Source: Phyllobates terribilis
Taxonomy: Eukaryota
Length of the DNA stretch: 64,000 nucleotides
Assembly: GCF_046119375.1 (NCBI RefSeq)
Contig: NW_027362763.1
Coordinates: 548,948,001-549,012,000, forward strand
Direction of reading: 5' to 3'
Position numbers and translations under genes: made by a program. Within the stretch, counting starts at the first letter, position 1. Every line of letters begins with the position of its first letter. The notes under the pieces are model-generated. The model was not told the origin of the DNA, made no database searches, and saw only the letters and a program-made list of their open reading frames with translations. Positions 23,994 through 36,700 of the stretch are shown piece by piece.

Positions 23994-24464
23994 TGTGACG
24001 CTGATTCGCTTCTCACGGACAAGCCCTGAGTCGGAATAATCGAGGAGTCCAAAGTCAATAGCTAGGAGGGTAGGAGACAGTCGTAGCCAGGTAACGGTCC
24101 AAGGTCAAAATACCAGGAGGATAGCAGATCAGAGCAAAGGGGTTAAACAAACTCAGGGTCAGAACAATGTCCAAGGTCAGATAGCGATACATCAAGAAGC
24201 AGAATACAAAGCACAGAGTAAACCAACCACAGTTAGCTGATGCTACGACTGACAGCTATCTGGGACTGCCAGCTCAGTTAAATAGCTGAAAAACCAAGGA
24301 AACCGGGAGAACTTAACTAGAGCTCAGTACCTCCCAGTGTCAGACTGGAAGGCTGAGCTGTCAATAAAAACAAAGACAGCTCAGCACACCCCTGCACCAG
24401 ACTGGACAGCTGAGCTGTCAATCACTGCACAGACAGCTCAGCACTGAGGGGTGGAATAGTAACA
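23994..24464. mobile_element. Solo LTR, 471 bp
   Basis: TGTGAC...GTAACA with a perfect 5-bp TSD CTAGG/CTAGG. Confidence 0.9.
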
Positions 24465-25453
24465 CTAGGTTGTCACTGACAGTGTCAGATAAAACATATT
24501 CACTGTGCACTGTAATAATACAGAATATGCAGTGCAGGGGGAAACGCTTCATTTCTGTTAAATAACCTTTCAAAAAGAAAAGACCCAGAGAGTCTTCCTA
24601 TTCAAAATTAATAATGTTTCAACTTGCATGCAACAAAGTTAAAGCTATATCCAATTCCACATTTTTAGTAACTATTTAAATCTACACAAGTAGATATAAG
24701 ATACATCCCAAGTACATTGTAACAGTTCTGTATTGCAAATTCACGAATAAAAGACAGCTGAAAGGGAGTCTAGAGAAAGTGAACTTGTGTCGAATAATGA
24801 GAAAAAAAACACATTAACTTTCAACAGCAGTAAAATTGTTAACAGAATTATTTTCATACATTAGTGGCCAGTTAGAAGTCAAATATTAAGAAATACAATA
24901 TTTTAAAAAAATACTTTTTACTTAGTAAGTTAAATATTAACTATGAATGTGTGCACATGAAGTATTGCTTGAAGTTGTCACATATATTTTATTGCCTCTA
25001 TTACAGAATACAGCCTGAAGCATTGCTGCACTGTGCATTTATTATGAAGAATAGAACTGAAGAAAAGGATCAAGTCCTATTTAATATCAAAGCAGCAATG
25101 TAATGAATGTATCTAGCACTGGTGCCCAGAAAATGGAAGCGCTAAAACCTCAAATAGCATCTGATTCTCTGCTACTTGGTACATGTTGGAGCAAGTACAG
25201 AGTACCACTGTAAGTAATATATGATGGAACAGAAAGAATAGAATTGTAAAGTGCTGCAAAATATAATGACACTACATAAATAAAATTATTATTATCATGA
25301 TTAATAATATAGACATAAAATGGTGCAGAGACTAAATATTATGGCAGAATTCAATCTCAGCTAATAGCTCTCAAGTTAGCAAAAGAAACAGCTCAACTCA
25401 GTGTAGCATAATAGCTACATATGTCAGAAATAACAGAAACTAGATGTACTCAC

Positions 25454-25573
25454 TTGGGTTTTGTTGTGTAAAATTCCATCATAGCTTCCTCTGCGCGCCT
25501 TGTTCCAAGGGTGTGGAAGGGACATGGCAATAGTGATCCAAGTGGGTAAAGAGCTTGCTTTACAAACACATGC
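25454..25573 (-). CDS. Candidate exon of an unidentified minus-strand gene or pseudogene
   Basis: GC-rich island in AT-rich DNA. Donor |GTGAGT, acceptor TTTCTGCTTAG|. Open as (W)HVFVKQALYPLGSLLPCPFHTLGTRRAEEAMMEFYTTKP. An alternative 264-nt frame (25454-25717) has a single stop. Confidence 0.3.
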
Positions 25574-28551
25574 CTAAGCAGAAACTGAATAGCCGAGCCA
25601 CTTGATTAACCATTCCAATCCTATATACAAACCCACATAGGAGGGGCTAAGTTCTGGTCTGATGGTCACAGCCTTCAACAGCTGAGACGTGTGATACATT
25701 CCTCTAATGCCCCTTGCCTGATAGTATATTTATTTCCTACATGTTAATTTTCACCTTATACGCTCTAATTTTCTGAATTCCATGTTTCCCACAGAATACA
25801 TCAGAATAACAGGCAGCTATAAGAACGTGTTCAATAACTAGCCTACTGTTCACTAGGATACATTTGTCAGTCAGAAATTCAGTTACTATATGTTGATTGT
25901 TAGACAATCAAAACATCACTCCATATAGATGGCAGCCGCAGGGCATCTCCAAATGAACTCATTGAAGACCAAAATATTATTGGCACCTAATGAGATAACA
26001 CGAGAAAATTTTCAATGGGGCTATATACTTCTTTCCCCTGTAACATACCAGTTTTACAATAATTAAATCACAGAAAAACTATTGAAATGCTTAATATTAA
26101 AATTAATTCTTTATTAAATAACATATTTTAAAATAATTAACTGCAAAAAAAGATTAAAAGGTGCCGCCATTCAAACAAACTGGGAAGCCAACAGAGAGAG
26201 AAAGACTTAATTAATAATATAATGAAATACTTATCTGAATTTGTACATGGTATTTTTTTTAAGAAGAAACCTCAAAATAAGTTTTTCTTCTGATATAAAT
26301 CAATGGTGTAGAAAGCTAACTGAGTCATGTATCAATATAATAAAATCAAATAATTCAAAATTCTAATGGAAATACAGTCTGACAGTATTGATATAATTAG
26401 ATCTAATTAGCATACAGCAAATATATAACTGTGAATAATCAAATTATGCGACTGTGAACCCTCAAAAGGGTATATTTATATAAATTCTCTATATATATTT
26501 GATTGACTCAAAGTTATCCAATATTTTTTGTTCCCAAACTCCTATTGAAAAAACGCAGTGCCATTAGTCTTAACATAGTGCTGCAAGAGAAACAAATAAG
26601 GCCACAATTGCCCACTGCATTCAACAAACTGGTAGCATAAATCAGTGAAATGGTTAATCAGGCAAATGCCTATAATGTAAGTCAATGCAGCTATACTGGC
26701 TCACTAAATCATCAAACCCGCCGCATACGCTACTAAAACAAATTGATAAGCCATATGCCTTTGTGTATATCATGCAGCTAACCTGGCTGTATACCCGAGA
26801 TGATGGATACAGAGAGGTGTTTACCTGTCTGATCAAACATAGACCGTGTGTGGATTCTCTGTGCTGCCTCCCCTCACTTCGACGCGCGTTTCGCTTTGCT
26901 TTCCCTTGTATGATGCTGACCAATCATAAGCAAGCAGCAACAATCAAAGGAAAGAAGAACCTGCCCCCATGATAGCTTAGATCAGGTTTCAGTGTGTAAG
27001 ATGAGTGAAATTGTGCATTGCAGTCTGTGCTTGGACTGAGATCTAGAGACATCTGCCTGAGCCCTTAATTGGAGACTAGTATTGTGTAGAGATAGAGATC
27101 ATGATTGCAGATATATGTCACTTACTGGGCTGTTTGTGATAGATTTGATAAAAAAAAAAAGTTATATCAGCATGACATTATCACTGGAGGACTAGAAAAC
27201 TTGCTGCCATGGAGTCCTCCATATTCATGAGCTCTTTTTAACTGTGCTCCCATCACTGATTAGCAGCTTTCTGTCTATGTGTATTGTACACAGAAAGCTG
27301 CCAATCAGTGGCGTGGAGGGTATACATAGAACTGAAAGCTCTAAAGCTGATAAATCAGTCATTTTATCAAAACTGCAGCAAGAGGCCCAATAAGTGACAC
27401 ATCTCTGGAATTAGTATCTCTGTCCCTACGTCATACTGATCACAGGTAGGATAGCAAAAACCTGTTGGCAGATTCCCTTTAAGTGTGCTCATAAAAAATG
27501 AAGTCCTGCAACTAATTGAGCAGTCCAGAAGTGCAGAACAGGAGATATAACTTTTAACTCAACTGTAAATTATATTGCCTTTTGTGTTTGTAAATTTCTG
27601 TTTGTTCCCTGACATGTTAATATTTGGTTATAGACATTTGTCCTTACTTTTTTTATCCCGATCTCGGATTTAGTATCTTACATAATGGAAGGAACCTGAT
27701 AACTGGTATTACTGCACTGAAAAGTCTTTTGGACCATTTGGTTATTCTTCAATATTTGCATCAGCATAATTTCTAAGTGCCAGGCATACCATACATGGAC
27801 AACATTGATTTTATTTGCACACTCAATGGAAACTTAACTAAAACTGAGTTTATCATCTACTAACAGCCAATAAATGTGTTACTTGGACCTCTTGATAATA
27901 CCATACGCAAAGAATTAGTGATCATTCCAAAGTGAAGAATTTCATTGATCGGACAAGTTCAAGTATGTTTGATCAATATTTCCCATGACAAACAAAGGGA
28001 GAATTGAAATTGATAGAAGTGTCTGTGCATTTCCTATCGTACAATAAAACTTCTGTGAGACCTTCATCTAGTCCTAATGCAGGGTTGGCAATCTCCTATA
28101 AATCCCTGGACAGTCTGTAAAAATAGAGGACATTTTTTTTTATGTCTTTGAAAAAAAACAACTTAATGCATCCATGAGGTATTTCAGCAGGTTATTGTGA
28201 TTGCAGTTCTCATTTTACATGTCCCAGTAAGTCCTGTTAATGAATTTATATAAACTACAGACATGGATTATTTTATCATTCATTGTGGTTTATATGATAA
28301 CAATATTTCTATTGCATGCACCCATAGTAAAAAAGAAAACATATTTATGGATATGACAGTCTTAAATGGATTCAAATTACAACCAAAAGATGCATTTCTA
28401 CAACACAAAGTTCATAATCATCACGTAATATAACAGTAAGTATTCTAAAACAGTTGTAAATGTACTATACACAGTGATAAATTCATCACTATGGTCAGGA
28501 TGGTATGGATAACTTAATGGTTCCATATATACATTTTTACCAGTCACTCAC

Positions 28552-28607
28552 CATGTTTCTTTACAAAGCGGTAGACCCTTAAATATATCGTTTTCCAGCT
28601 CTGCTAC
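28552..28607 (-). CDS. Candidate 56-nt exon
   Basis: CATTTTACACTAG|GTAGCAGAGCTGGAAAAC...GAAACATG|GTGAGT. Only one frame is open: VAELENDIFKGLPLCKET(W). Confidence 0.35.
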
Positions 28608-29149
28608 CTAGTGTAAAATGATATCCCTATTATGGTAGTCTAATCTCAGAAATGATGTTTCATTCATATAAGTGTACACCACTAAAAGAAAAGTATATTA
28701 TATGGAAAAGAAAGAGGGAATGTGAATGCAATATAGCTTGTATTTGTAATATATAAAATGAGAATTATTGTGCTTATAATTATTTATCATATATTCAATA
28801 TTTAGATTGAATATATAGTATATTGGATAACTGTTGCATGCTACAGTAATTCATTTATTATTTGCTATATAATTGAGCCACTAAGGCCCCAACATGCAGT
28901 TAACAGGGTATTATATAGGTTTAGGAAAACTCTAGCCAAGGTCCCTTATATCATAGAGGTAGGGGACCTTATTATTGATTGTCAGCTACAGTGATAAGCA
29001 AGGCAGTAATTGCTGCAGTGAATTGCATCCTTTATATAGCACTGCACATTATAATTATACATTGTAGTCAGCTCATTATATTATACTAGCTATTGAACCC
29101 GTTCTACGCCCAGGTGAACGTTGAGACGTGGATATATGACATTTTTGTG

Positions 29150-30545
29150 ATAAAAATGTAATTTTTGTATTTGCTGCAAACTTATCAGGTACACAAGGGT
29201 TAATAAGTGAAACTGGACCCCATAATTTATTGTGCAATTTCTCCTGAACGTGGTGATGCCCCATATGTCGTCAGAAATTACTATTAGGCCACACGTCAGG
29301 GCTGAGAAGGAAGGAGCATAGATTTTGGTACAATAGTTTGAGGGCAACATTTGCAGAGCCCCTAAGGTGCCAGAACAGCAGAAAAACACCAAAAGTGACC
29401 CCATTGTAGAAATTACACATTTCAATGAATTCATCTACGGCTGCAGTGACTATTATGTAACATCCACGCCAGTTTTTTTTCTGGAGAATTGCAAATATGC
29501 CAGCTTGTTGCCCATACATTGTGCCCCCATGCATATTGAAACACCCCCATATAAGCTTGTGCTTCTGCCGACAGACACCCCGTAAATTGTTAAGCACTCT
29601 CTCCCCACTAAAATAATGCCAAACATGTGGCCACGTACTGTGGTGTAGGCACAGTGGGGCTCAGAAGGAGAGGGGCATTTGGTTCTGGGAGAGCAGAATT
29701 CACTTGATCTTATTTGAGAGGGTGGGAGCCATGTTGTTTTTCCAAAGCCTTTGTTCTACCAGTAATGTGTGACCCCCTATTGTTCCAGTGACAGATGATG
29801 GACCTGAGTGGGAGCTGGTTTTGTGCAGGATAAATTAGGGTTTTTATTGGTAACATTTTGGGGTACATAATAATTTTGATCGCTTCCAGAATAAGGCTGA
29901 ATCACCTTCTTGTGTTCTACGCTGAACACTTACGTCGGGGTTTCTGTATAAATTTCACAAAAATGCAATTTAGACGAAACCCCCGATGGAACCACCCACC
30001 ACATTGAGGCAGATGGAGACTATTTGAAATTTGTTTGGTGTCTGCTCCGGTGGTGTTCATCTTTTTAGGTGTGCACAGATCTGTGGTCGACCAAACTTGT
30101 GCGCTAAAATAACACCTAAAATGATGGGACACCGCTGGAACACAGACCAGTCCAAAGTGACTCCAACTGCCTTCTAAGTGAGAGGTTACGTCCGGACTTT
30201 TCTCTGAATCGTGGTTTTGGGGAATTTACACGGTAAACCCGACGTTAGCGCTCAGCAGAGAGCGCATGATAAATGTGAGCCGAGACTTATTCCAATTTTT
30301 GGGAGGTAGAATGAACAAATAGACAGCAGTACCAGAATAATTCTTATTTTTATATTTCTGCAGTTCACCGTGCAGTATAGGTTATAAGACGGATTTATTC
30401 TTCGGGTCGGGTGCAATTACAGTGATACCAGATTTATATTGTTTTTTTTATGTTTTGCTGCTATAATACAGTAGAAATGTTTTTTTAATAAAAAGTCATT
30501 TTTTTCGTCGCCATATTCTGAGAGCTGTAACTTTTTTATTTTTTC
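29150..30545. mobile_element. Fragment of a piggyBac-like element related to 18311-22293, with a nested MITE
   Basis: Shares motifs such as TTGTGCAATTTCTCCTGA.., AAAAGTGACCCCATT.TAGAAA.TACAC and GCCATATT.TGAGAGCT.TAA in reverse orientation to the complete copy. No termini seen. Confidence 0.6.
29895..30286. mobile_element. Harbinger-type MITE
   Basis: TAA|GGCTGAATCAC...TTACGTCGGGGTTT / AAACCCGACGTTAG...AAATGTGAGCCGAGAC|TTA inverted arms. Confidence 0.6.
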
Positions 30546-31084
30546 AGGAAAAAAATCCAGCTTTGGAAATACCATGAAATGAAGACATTTATTTAAACAT
30601 GTTTAAAAAATATGATAGATATAAGCATAATTGTCATAGCCCCAGGTGGGGAGAGAACTGGGCAGACGCGTTTCAAACCGTCCGGTCCTTAATCATTGCT
30701 ATTTACAATGCCCACAGGTCGCTATTATATAGTGCTTCCTGTCAAGAACATCTGACAAGTTTATGCCAATCAAATCACAGGTAAGTACATCCAATAAAAA
30801 CACATGAAACACATATTTAAAAAGTCAGAAACGGGACACCCACACTAAAAAAAAGTACACACGTGATTATAATGTCCATTAATAAAGAAAAGACACATAG
30901 AATAACCCAGCTAACATTGAGTAGTTATACGTAGTGATATGTGAGGTCATGATTCACGTTCATACCAAGTGGTCTCTGTGTCTGGAGCAGGTAAATCCAC
31001 CAGGATTCCCGATAGAGGAGCTTTCTATGATGATCACCTCCTCTATGAGGTTTGTATACCTTCTCGTTTGTAATGAGGGTTACT

Positions 31085-31184
31085 GCAGGTTGTAGGCTTG
31101 TCAGAAGATGTAGGTCTTCAGGCTCCTTTTGAAGGTTTCCATGGTCGGCGAGAGTCTGATAAGTTGGGGTAGAGAGCTCCAGAG
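31085..31184 (-). mobile_element. L2 LINE 3' end remnant
   Basis: Translates LWSSLPQLIRLSPTMETFKRSLKTYIF*QAYN, typical of an L2 ORF2 C-terminus. Confidence 0.75.
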
Positions 31185-32346
31185 TAGTATATTACTTATC
31201 TTATAATTTACATTCCCTATAGCCATGCTGCACACTATGCCTACAATACTAACAATGCTTATCACACTCTATACATTACACATTACCATATCACATTAGG
31301 TATGCCTAAAACCACACTTCACATATCAAAATATATGTAAAACCACATGACACTATTCACATTGTAATACACAGTAAAGCGCAATTGGTGTCTTCAGGGG
31401 TGGTAAGATAATAGTACAGTGCACCACTTTTACACTATGATCAGATGAGACCAAAGGAGAACTTTGTGAGCTAGAGCTAGGTTGCAAAATAGAATGGGCA
31501 GAGATTTCAACCTCTAGATGTGCAAAGCTGGTAGAAACATACCTCAAAAGAGATACAGCACTAAATACAGCAAAAGGGGGTCCTACAAAGCACTAAATCA
31601 GGGAGCTGAATACAAATTCCTGTAATTTTAACCAAGACCAGGGGGGGGGGTATAAGCAGAGTTCTTCTCTGGAAGAAGTTACTTTTTTCTCTGCATGACA
31701 TTAATCAATCATAAGCAGGAGACATAATGTGGGGGAGGGGATGGAAGAATACAGTTCTTGCAAGTCTCATCTCATTGTAGTTAGTGTAGAGAGAGGTGAG
31801 TAGAGTAGAGCAGAGCTGTGTGTCATTGCAAACACTTATTACATTGGTGGGGCATTGAATTGGTTGGGCATTGTTTACTTTAACACATCACTAATTTAAT
31901 TAAACTGTACTAATATTAACATCAATTGTCATGAGAGGATATCAAGACATTATGGTTTAAACTTCAGTCACAAAAATAATTGGATTCACATCCTGTTTTC
32001 CTGCATTTTTTCACCAAAAACACTGTAAAAACTGCTAGCAGCATTTTTGCTGCATTTTTTAACTTACTCATTGCTTTCCATGGGTGAAAAAATGCTGCAA
32101 AAATGCTGAAAGAATTGACATGCTGCCGTTTTCAAGAAAGTAGCAATTTTCCAATTCATTCAGGAAAAAAAAACAAGCATGTGCATGAGAAAAATCTCAT
32201 AGCTTTTGATGGTACAGTAAAAAACAGCTTTTAATTTACATTAAAAAGCAAAAAACGTAGCAAAAATACAACATGTGAACATAGCCTATGAATATCGAAT
32301 TCCTACGTTTAATTTAGATATTCAGGGGTTAATGTCCTCAACTTAC

Positions 32347-32424
32347 ATCCAGCATATTTCCATTTTTCAAGATGTCAAACCGGTTCAGAAGTGTGTTTTC
32401 TTCTATTATTTTTGTTCGCTGTTT
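32347..32424 (-). CDS. Candidate exon end
   Basis: KQRTKIIEENTLLNRFDILKNGNMLD|GTAAGT (phase 0). The acceptor is poor, and the upstream sequence has stops and a frameshift. Confidence 0.2.
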
Positions 32425-32932
32425 CTATGTTGTTTTAGTTGACTCAAGGCTAGGTGGTTTCTTAAGGGTGGAGGTCCTTCTATATGTTATTCTTGTATAT
32501 TTCGAGACGGAGACATAATAAATTGTCCCCCTTCAGAATATGGCAATTATGGCTCAAAATGTTTTACGATTGTGTGAGCACTATTACAAGCAGTTATGAA
32601 GTTTATTTTTAAATCATTCATTTTAGGCATATCTTTCTTCATGTGAGTAAATCAATCATTTTAGGTATATCTTTCTTCATGTGAGTAAATCAATCGTTTT
32701 AGATAGAGCATTCTTTTTGGGAGGTGTTGAATAACTAGTCTATCAGATAAGTGCTTATTCAACACTATTGCATCTTTCTAACTATACCCTCTATTAAATC
32801 TCCTTCCTTTGACGCACAATCTGTTCGCATTTATTCTCCCTTTACTCTTCAAATGGATGTCATCTACTCACTACCAGTCGCTGTTGACATTTTAATATTT
32901 GACCGCTACACTTTCTCTCTTTAGACATTGCC

Positions 32933-33068
32933 ACCATCATCTTGGTTGACTTTAACATGCCAACTGACACGTGCTACTAAGCTGCCTCCAAATTCATTTC
33001 ACACTTTCTGCTTGGGTCTCATACAATGATTTTCCACACCAAACAGAAAGGTGAACATACACTTAGAG
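32933..33068 (+). mobile_element. L2/CR1-type endonuclease-domain remnant
   Basis: TIILVDFNMPTD (GDFN motif) and a G(E)HTL (GHTLD) relic. Confidence 0.6.
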
Positions 33069-33262
33069 GGCCATTTAGTGGATTTTTAATTTAAACTGGG
33101 TGTATACCACAGAACTTCTCTGTGGGTGTTTGCTTTTTCTCTTCTACGACACTGATCAATCAAAACATGACCACATCATAGAGGGGAAAAGCAAATACAG
33201 AGGAGGTCACAGTTGCAGCTTGATTCAGCGTGTTCTTACTCCGCAGTAACCAAGTCCCTTCC

Positions 33263-33500
33263 GTTTCGCCAGTACTTTTTCCAAGGGGCGTTGGAAAAAG
33301 GCCCCTTGAAAAAAAGCACTGGCGAAACAGCGTTGTCGGGGTCATCTCTCTACATATATATGGACTCCAACCAGCATTAAATAGTAAGTTTATTAGACCT
33401 TGGGCTATGCCATGGATCAGGAGGTATAAATATAAATGCCTCAGCAAAACCGTACTAAGCACTTTACATTGAGCGGCTTTCATTAGATCTATTTATGCCT
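33263..33500. mobile_element. Penelope-like remnant with inverted (head-to-head) duplicated terminal motif
   Basis: GTTTCGCCAGTACTTTTTCCAAGGGGC (33263-33289) pairs with GCCCCTTGAAAAAAAGCACTGGCGAAAC (33301-33328). Confidence 0.45.
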
Positions 33501-34734
33501 ACCTGGATATCAACCATATATTGGGTGGAGGTGGATCAAGGTGTATATACTTTATTTAACAATTGGAACTAAGGTTTACAAAAGCATTATGCACTTTATT
33601 TGGTTTACATTGACACTTTGTTTATTAAAATCAAGATTGCATATTTGATTTGAAATATACCTCTGCCATATTGCACCTTAGCCTAAATAGTACTGGGATA
33701 TTACCCATAGCCTATAACTACAATATTTTTGAATTGGTTTGCATGTGGTTTGTTGATACGGACTCTCCCTGCTATTTTATGTTTAATAATTGTTTTTAAA
33801 AAATTGTTTGAATAAAATGAATAATTTTAAGACATTTTTAGCATATATCACTTTGTTAACCCTTGGATCACCCGTATCTTGGGCTGTATTGTTATAATTA
33901 ATCTTAAAGGATTGCAGCATTTCAATGAGTGACATGCCCCTTTCATTGTTTTCAAGGCAAGTATTCTTCTAGTGAAAGACAATAAGTTGCAATACTGGGC
34001 ACTGCCACCTATAAAAGTAGAAACATGTATGCAATGTGTTACCCTAATATATTGCTATGAGGAGGTGCAAATATAAACGTTGATGATGCATTATAAATAA
34101 TAATACAGTTGAGATTTTCATTCTGCTTACTGGGGCTGGGTGCAGTGACATGTTAATCTGTCTACCAGTAAGGACAATTTAACCACATTTCAGTAGGGAT
34201 CTTGCTATGTCCTTAGTCATAGCAACCATAGTTACAACTATTATATATTTTGTCAGTTACATTGAGAGTTTTTATTGTTCATAAATGTATTAAGAATTCA
34301 TTTAATTGCTTCTACTTTACAATTAAACATCTTTAGATTCTAAAATAATATATTTAGGAGCTGTTGATTAAATATTTACATAACACATTATTTACTGTCC
34401 ATTATGTTCTTCTGTGTGTCCATGGCAAGGTGTAAAGCAGGAGACTTGGTTTAAGTTTCTATTTATAGCAATTTAATATTCAATTATTTGAATTCCATTT
34501 CAGTGGTAAGTCAACCATCCACTTTGATCAGTTAAAGATTATAAGCCAAAGTGTCCATCATAGACATTTCAAGCGGCAAATTCACCAAGCTTATATAATG
34601 TTCTTTTATTGTGTGTTGCTTTGGAGAGGCTGCAAGGGATAGACCTGACCTCCACTTAAACTTAGGTAGATGACATTTGCCATGGGTAAAGACAGAGTAA
34701 CTAAACATTACATTTTTTTTTTTCATAAATTATA

Positions 34735-34993
34735 GGCACTTTCCATGTCTGTAGATCTGTGGGGGTCCACTTTTTGTGATCACCTCCGATCGCTCAAAAT
34801 ATGGATGAAAAGTGTGCAGCTCATGAGTATAGATATAATAGAAAGTCATCTTTTTATTGCATCCATACTCCGCTCTGTGCACGCTGAAGCAGAGGCTGTG
34901 TGCCCCCGCTTCACAATTTTTATCGATTTTTTTACCTATCTGTGGAGGTCTTAGGACTTGGACTGGCACCGAACTGCAGACATGGAAAGTGCC
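34735..34993. mobile_element. Short-TIR MITE-like element, 259 bp
   Basis: TA|GGCACTTTCCATGTCTG ... CAGACATGGAAAGTGCC|TA. Non-palindromic interior. Confidence 0.7.
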
Positions 34994-35148
34994 TATAAAA
35001 TATAACACCTCATTAAAAGTTTAGTTATTCTATAAACTTTCACAATCAGCATCTGTTTTTGTTCCATAAGGGCATGCTCCCATTGGTTTTTTCAAAAAGA
35101 TTTTGTAGCAGAAAACATGCATTTTTACATACAAGATCCTAGCATTAA

Positions 35149-35652
35149 AGAGTAAACTTCATTTACATTTTTATTTCCTAAATCAATAGTACACATGAAA
35201 ATAAGCAACTTTGTAATATAGCATATGAGAGAAATCTGTTTCTTTCTCCTCCTGGATTGATCATTCATTTTCAAAATTCTCAATTCATGAGTAAATTCTG
35301 TATTCAGTGAAGACAGATTTTTACATCACTGAGATAGGAGATGATGGTTGCTATTATAAGATTCTATCTAGAGGGGAGGAGGTGAAGGGGGCAGAAGAGG
35401 GAGGGGCTAGAGTCAGGGCTCCTCCCCCTCCCATCCATATAAAATCTCATCAGTAGCAGCTGCCATCTCCTGTCTCAGTAATGGGAAAGCCTGCCTTCAC
35501 TGAATACAGATTTTACCCGTGAATTATGAATTTTGAAAATGACTGATCAGTCCTAAAAGAGAAAGAAGCAGAATTCTCTGATAAGATATAGTACAAAGTT
35601 GCTTTTTTTCATGTGTACTATTGATTTAGGAAATAAACATCACGGTTACTCT
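35149..35652. mobile_element. Kolobok/T2-type MITE, 504 bp
   Basis: TTAA|AGAGTAA ... TTACTCT|TTAA, with ~200-bp inverted arms (TTTCCTAAATCAATAGTACACATGAAAA / TTTTCATGTGTACTATTGATTTAGGAAA). Confidence 0.9.
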
Positions 35653-36294
35653 TTAAGTGCAAAACAAGTTGTTTTTCACAGATAGACCCGTACCCATTGT
35701 AGTCTATGGGGTTGTTCACATGTCCATGTTTTTGGGACCCTCAATGTAAGAAAAAAAATCAACCATATCCAGCTAGGATCTGAGGAAACAGTGACTGTGA
35801 AGCGAAAAGCGCACAATAGGGTAAACTCTAATAAAAGAGATAATAAAATCAATAGCTCTTCTCACTGTGGGTGGTTGTGTGAAGAAGACATATAAAGACC
35901 TATAAAGGTTCAAATAGCCAGTTGTCGCTGTCCCATGGGAGGGGGAACAATCCGCCAGATGCAAATTACCACAACAGGAAAAAAACACATTTAAAAATTG
36001 GCTGCACTGGTGGAAATAAGTTGCTTACTGCTGTATTCTTCGAAGGTTCTTTGTTATCCACTACGCGTTTCAATGCTGTACTGGCATCTTTATCAATTAT
36101 CAAAAACTGACAGGTTTTCCAGTTTTGATCTGAGTCATAGATCAATATGGCACATTCAAGTCTATGTGTCCGTGATCTGATTTGCCTCTTAACCTTGTCC
36201 GTTTTTCACTGACTGTTTGCCAGGAGAAGCCTGAAAAACCTCCAGCGGTTCTTTTGTATACAAGAAAAACTGATGAAACTCATAAAAACTGATG

Positions 36295-36700
36295 GAGCTG
36301 TGGGCCAATTATACAGTGTATGGAAGAGCTGTGGAGACATCACACTGTGTATAGGGGAGCTGTGGACCCTTCATACTGTGAATACGGAGCTGTGGGGACA
36401 TCATACTGTATAGGCAGGAGTTGTGGGCCCATCACATAGTGTATAAAGGAGCTTTGGGACCATCATACTGTCTGTAAGAAAGCTGTAGGGACACAGTACA
36501 GTGTATAGGGGAGCTGTGGGACCATTATATTGTGTATAGAGGAGCTGTCCGGGCATTAGACTGTGTAGAGTGCAGCTATGGGCACATTATACTGTGTATA
36601 GGATAGCTGTGAGTCCATTATACTGTGTATAGGGGAGCTGTAGGCCCATCATACTGTGTATAGAGGAACTGTGCATGGGGGGACTCAGGGGACATTATTA
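36295..36700 (+). repeat. Degenerate ~30-bp minisatellite
   Basis: GGGGAGCTGTGGGNCCATCATACTGTGTATA units. Confidence 0.75.

Noticed and set aside
26500-26580. Strong minus-strand acceptor (TTATTTGTTTCTCTTGCAG)
   Set aside because: No convincing donor before stops in any frame.
32618-32765. 38-bp tandem duplication and an 11-bp inverted repeat (GTGTTGAATAA/TTATTCAACAC)
   Set aside because: Small local events with no associated structure.
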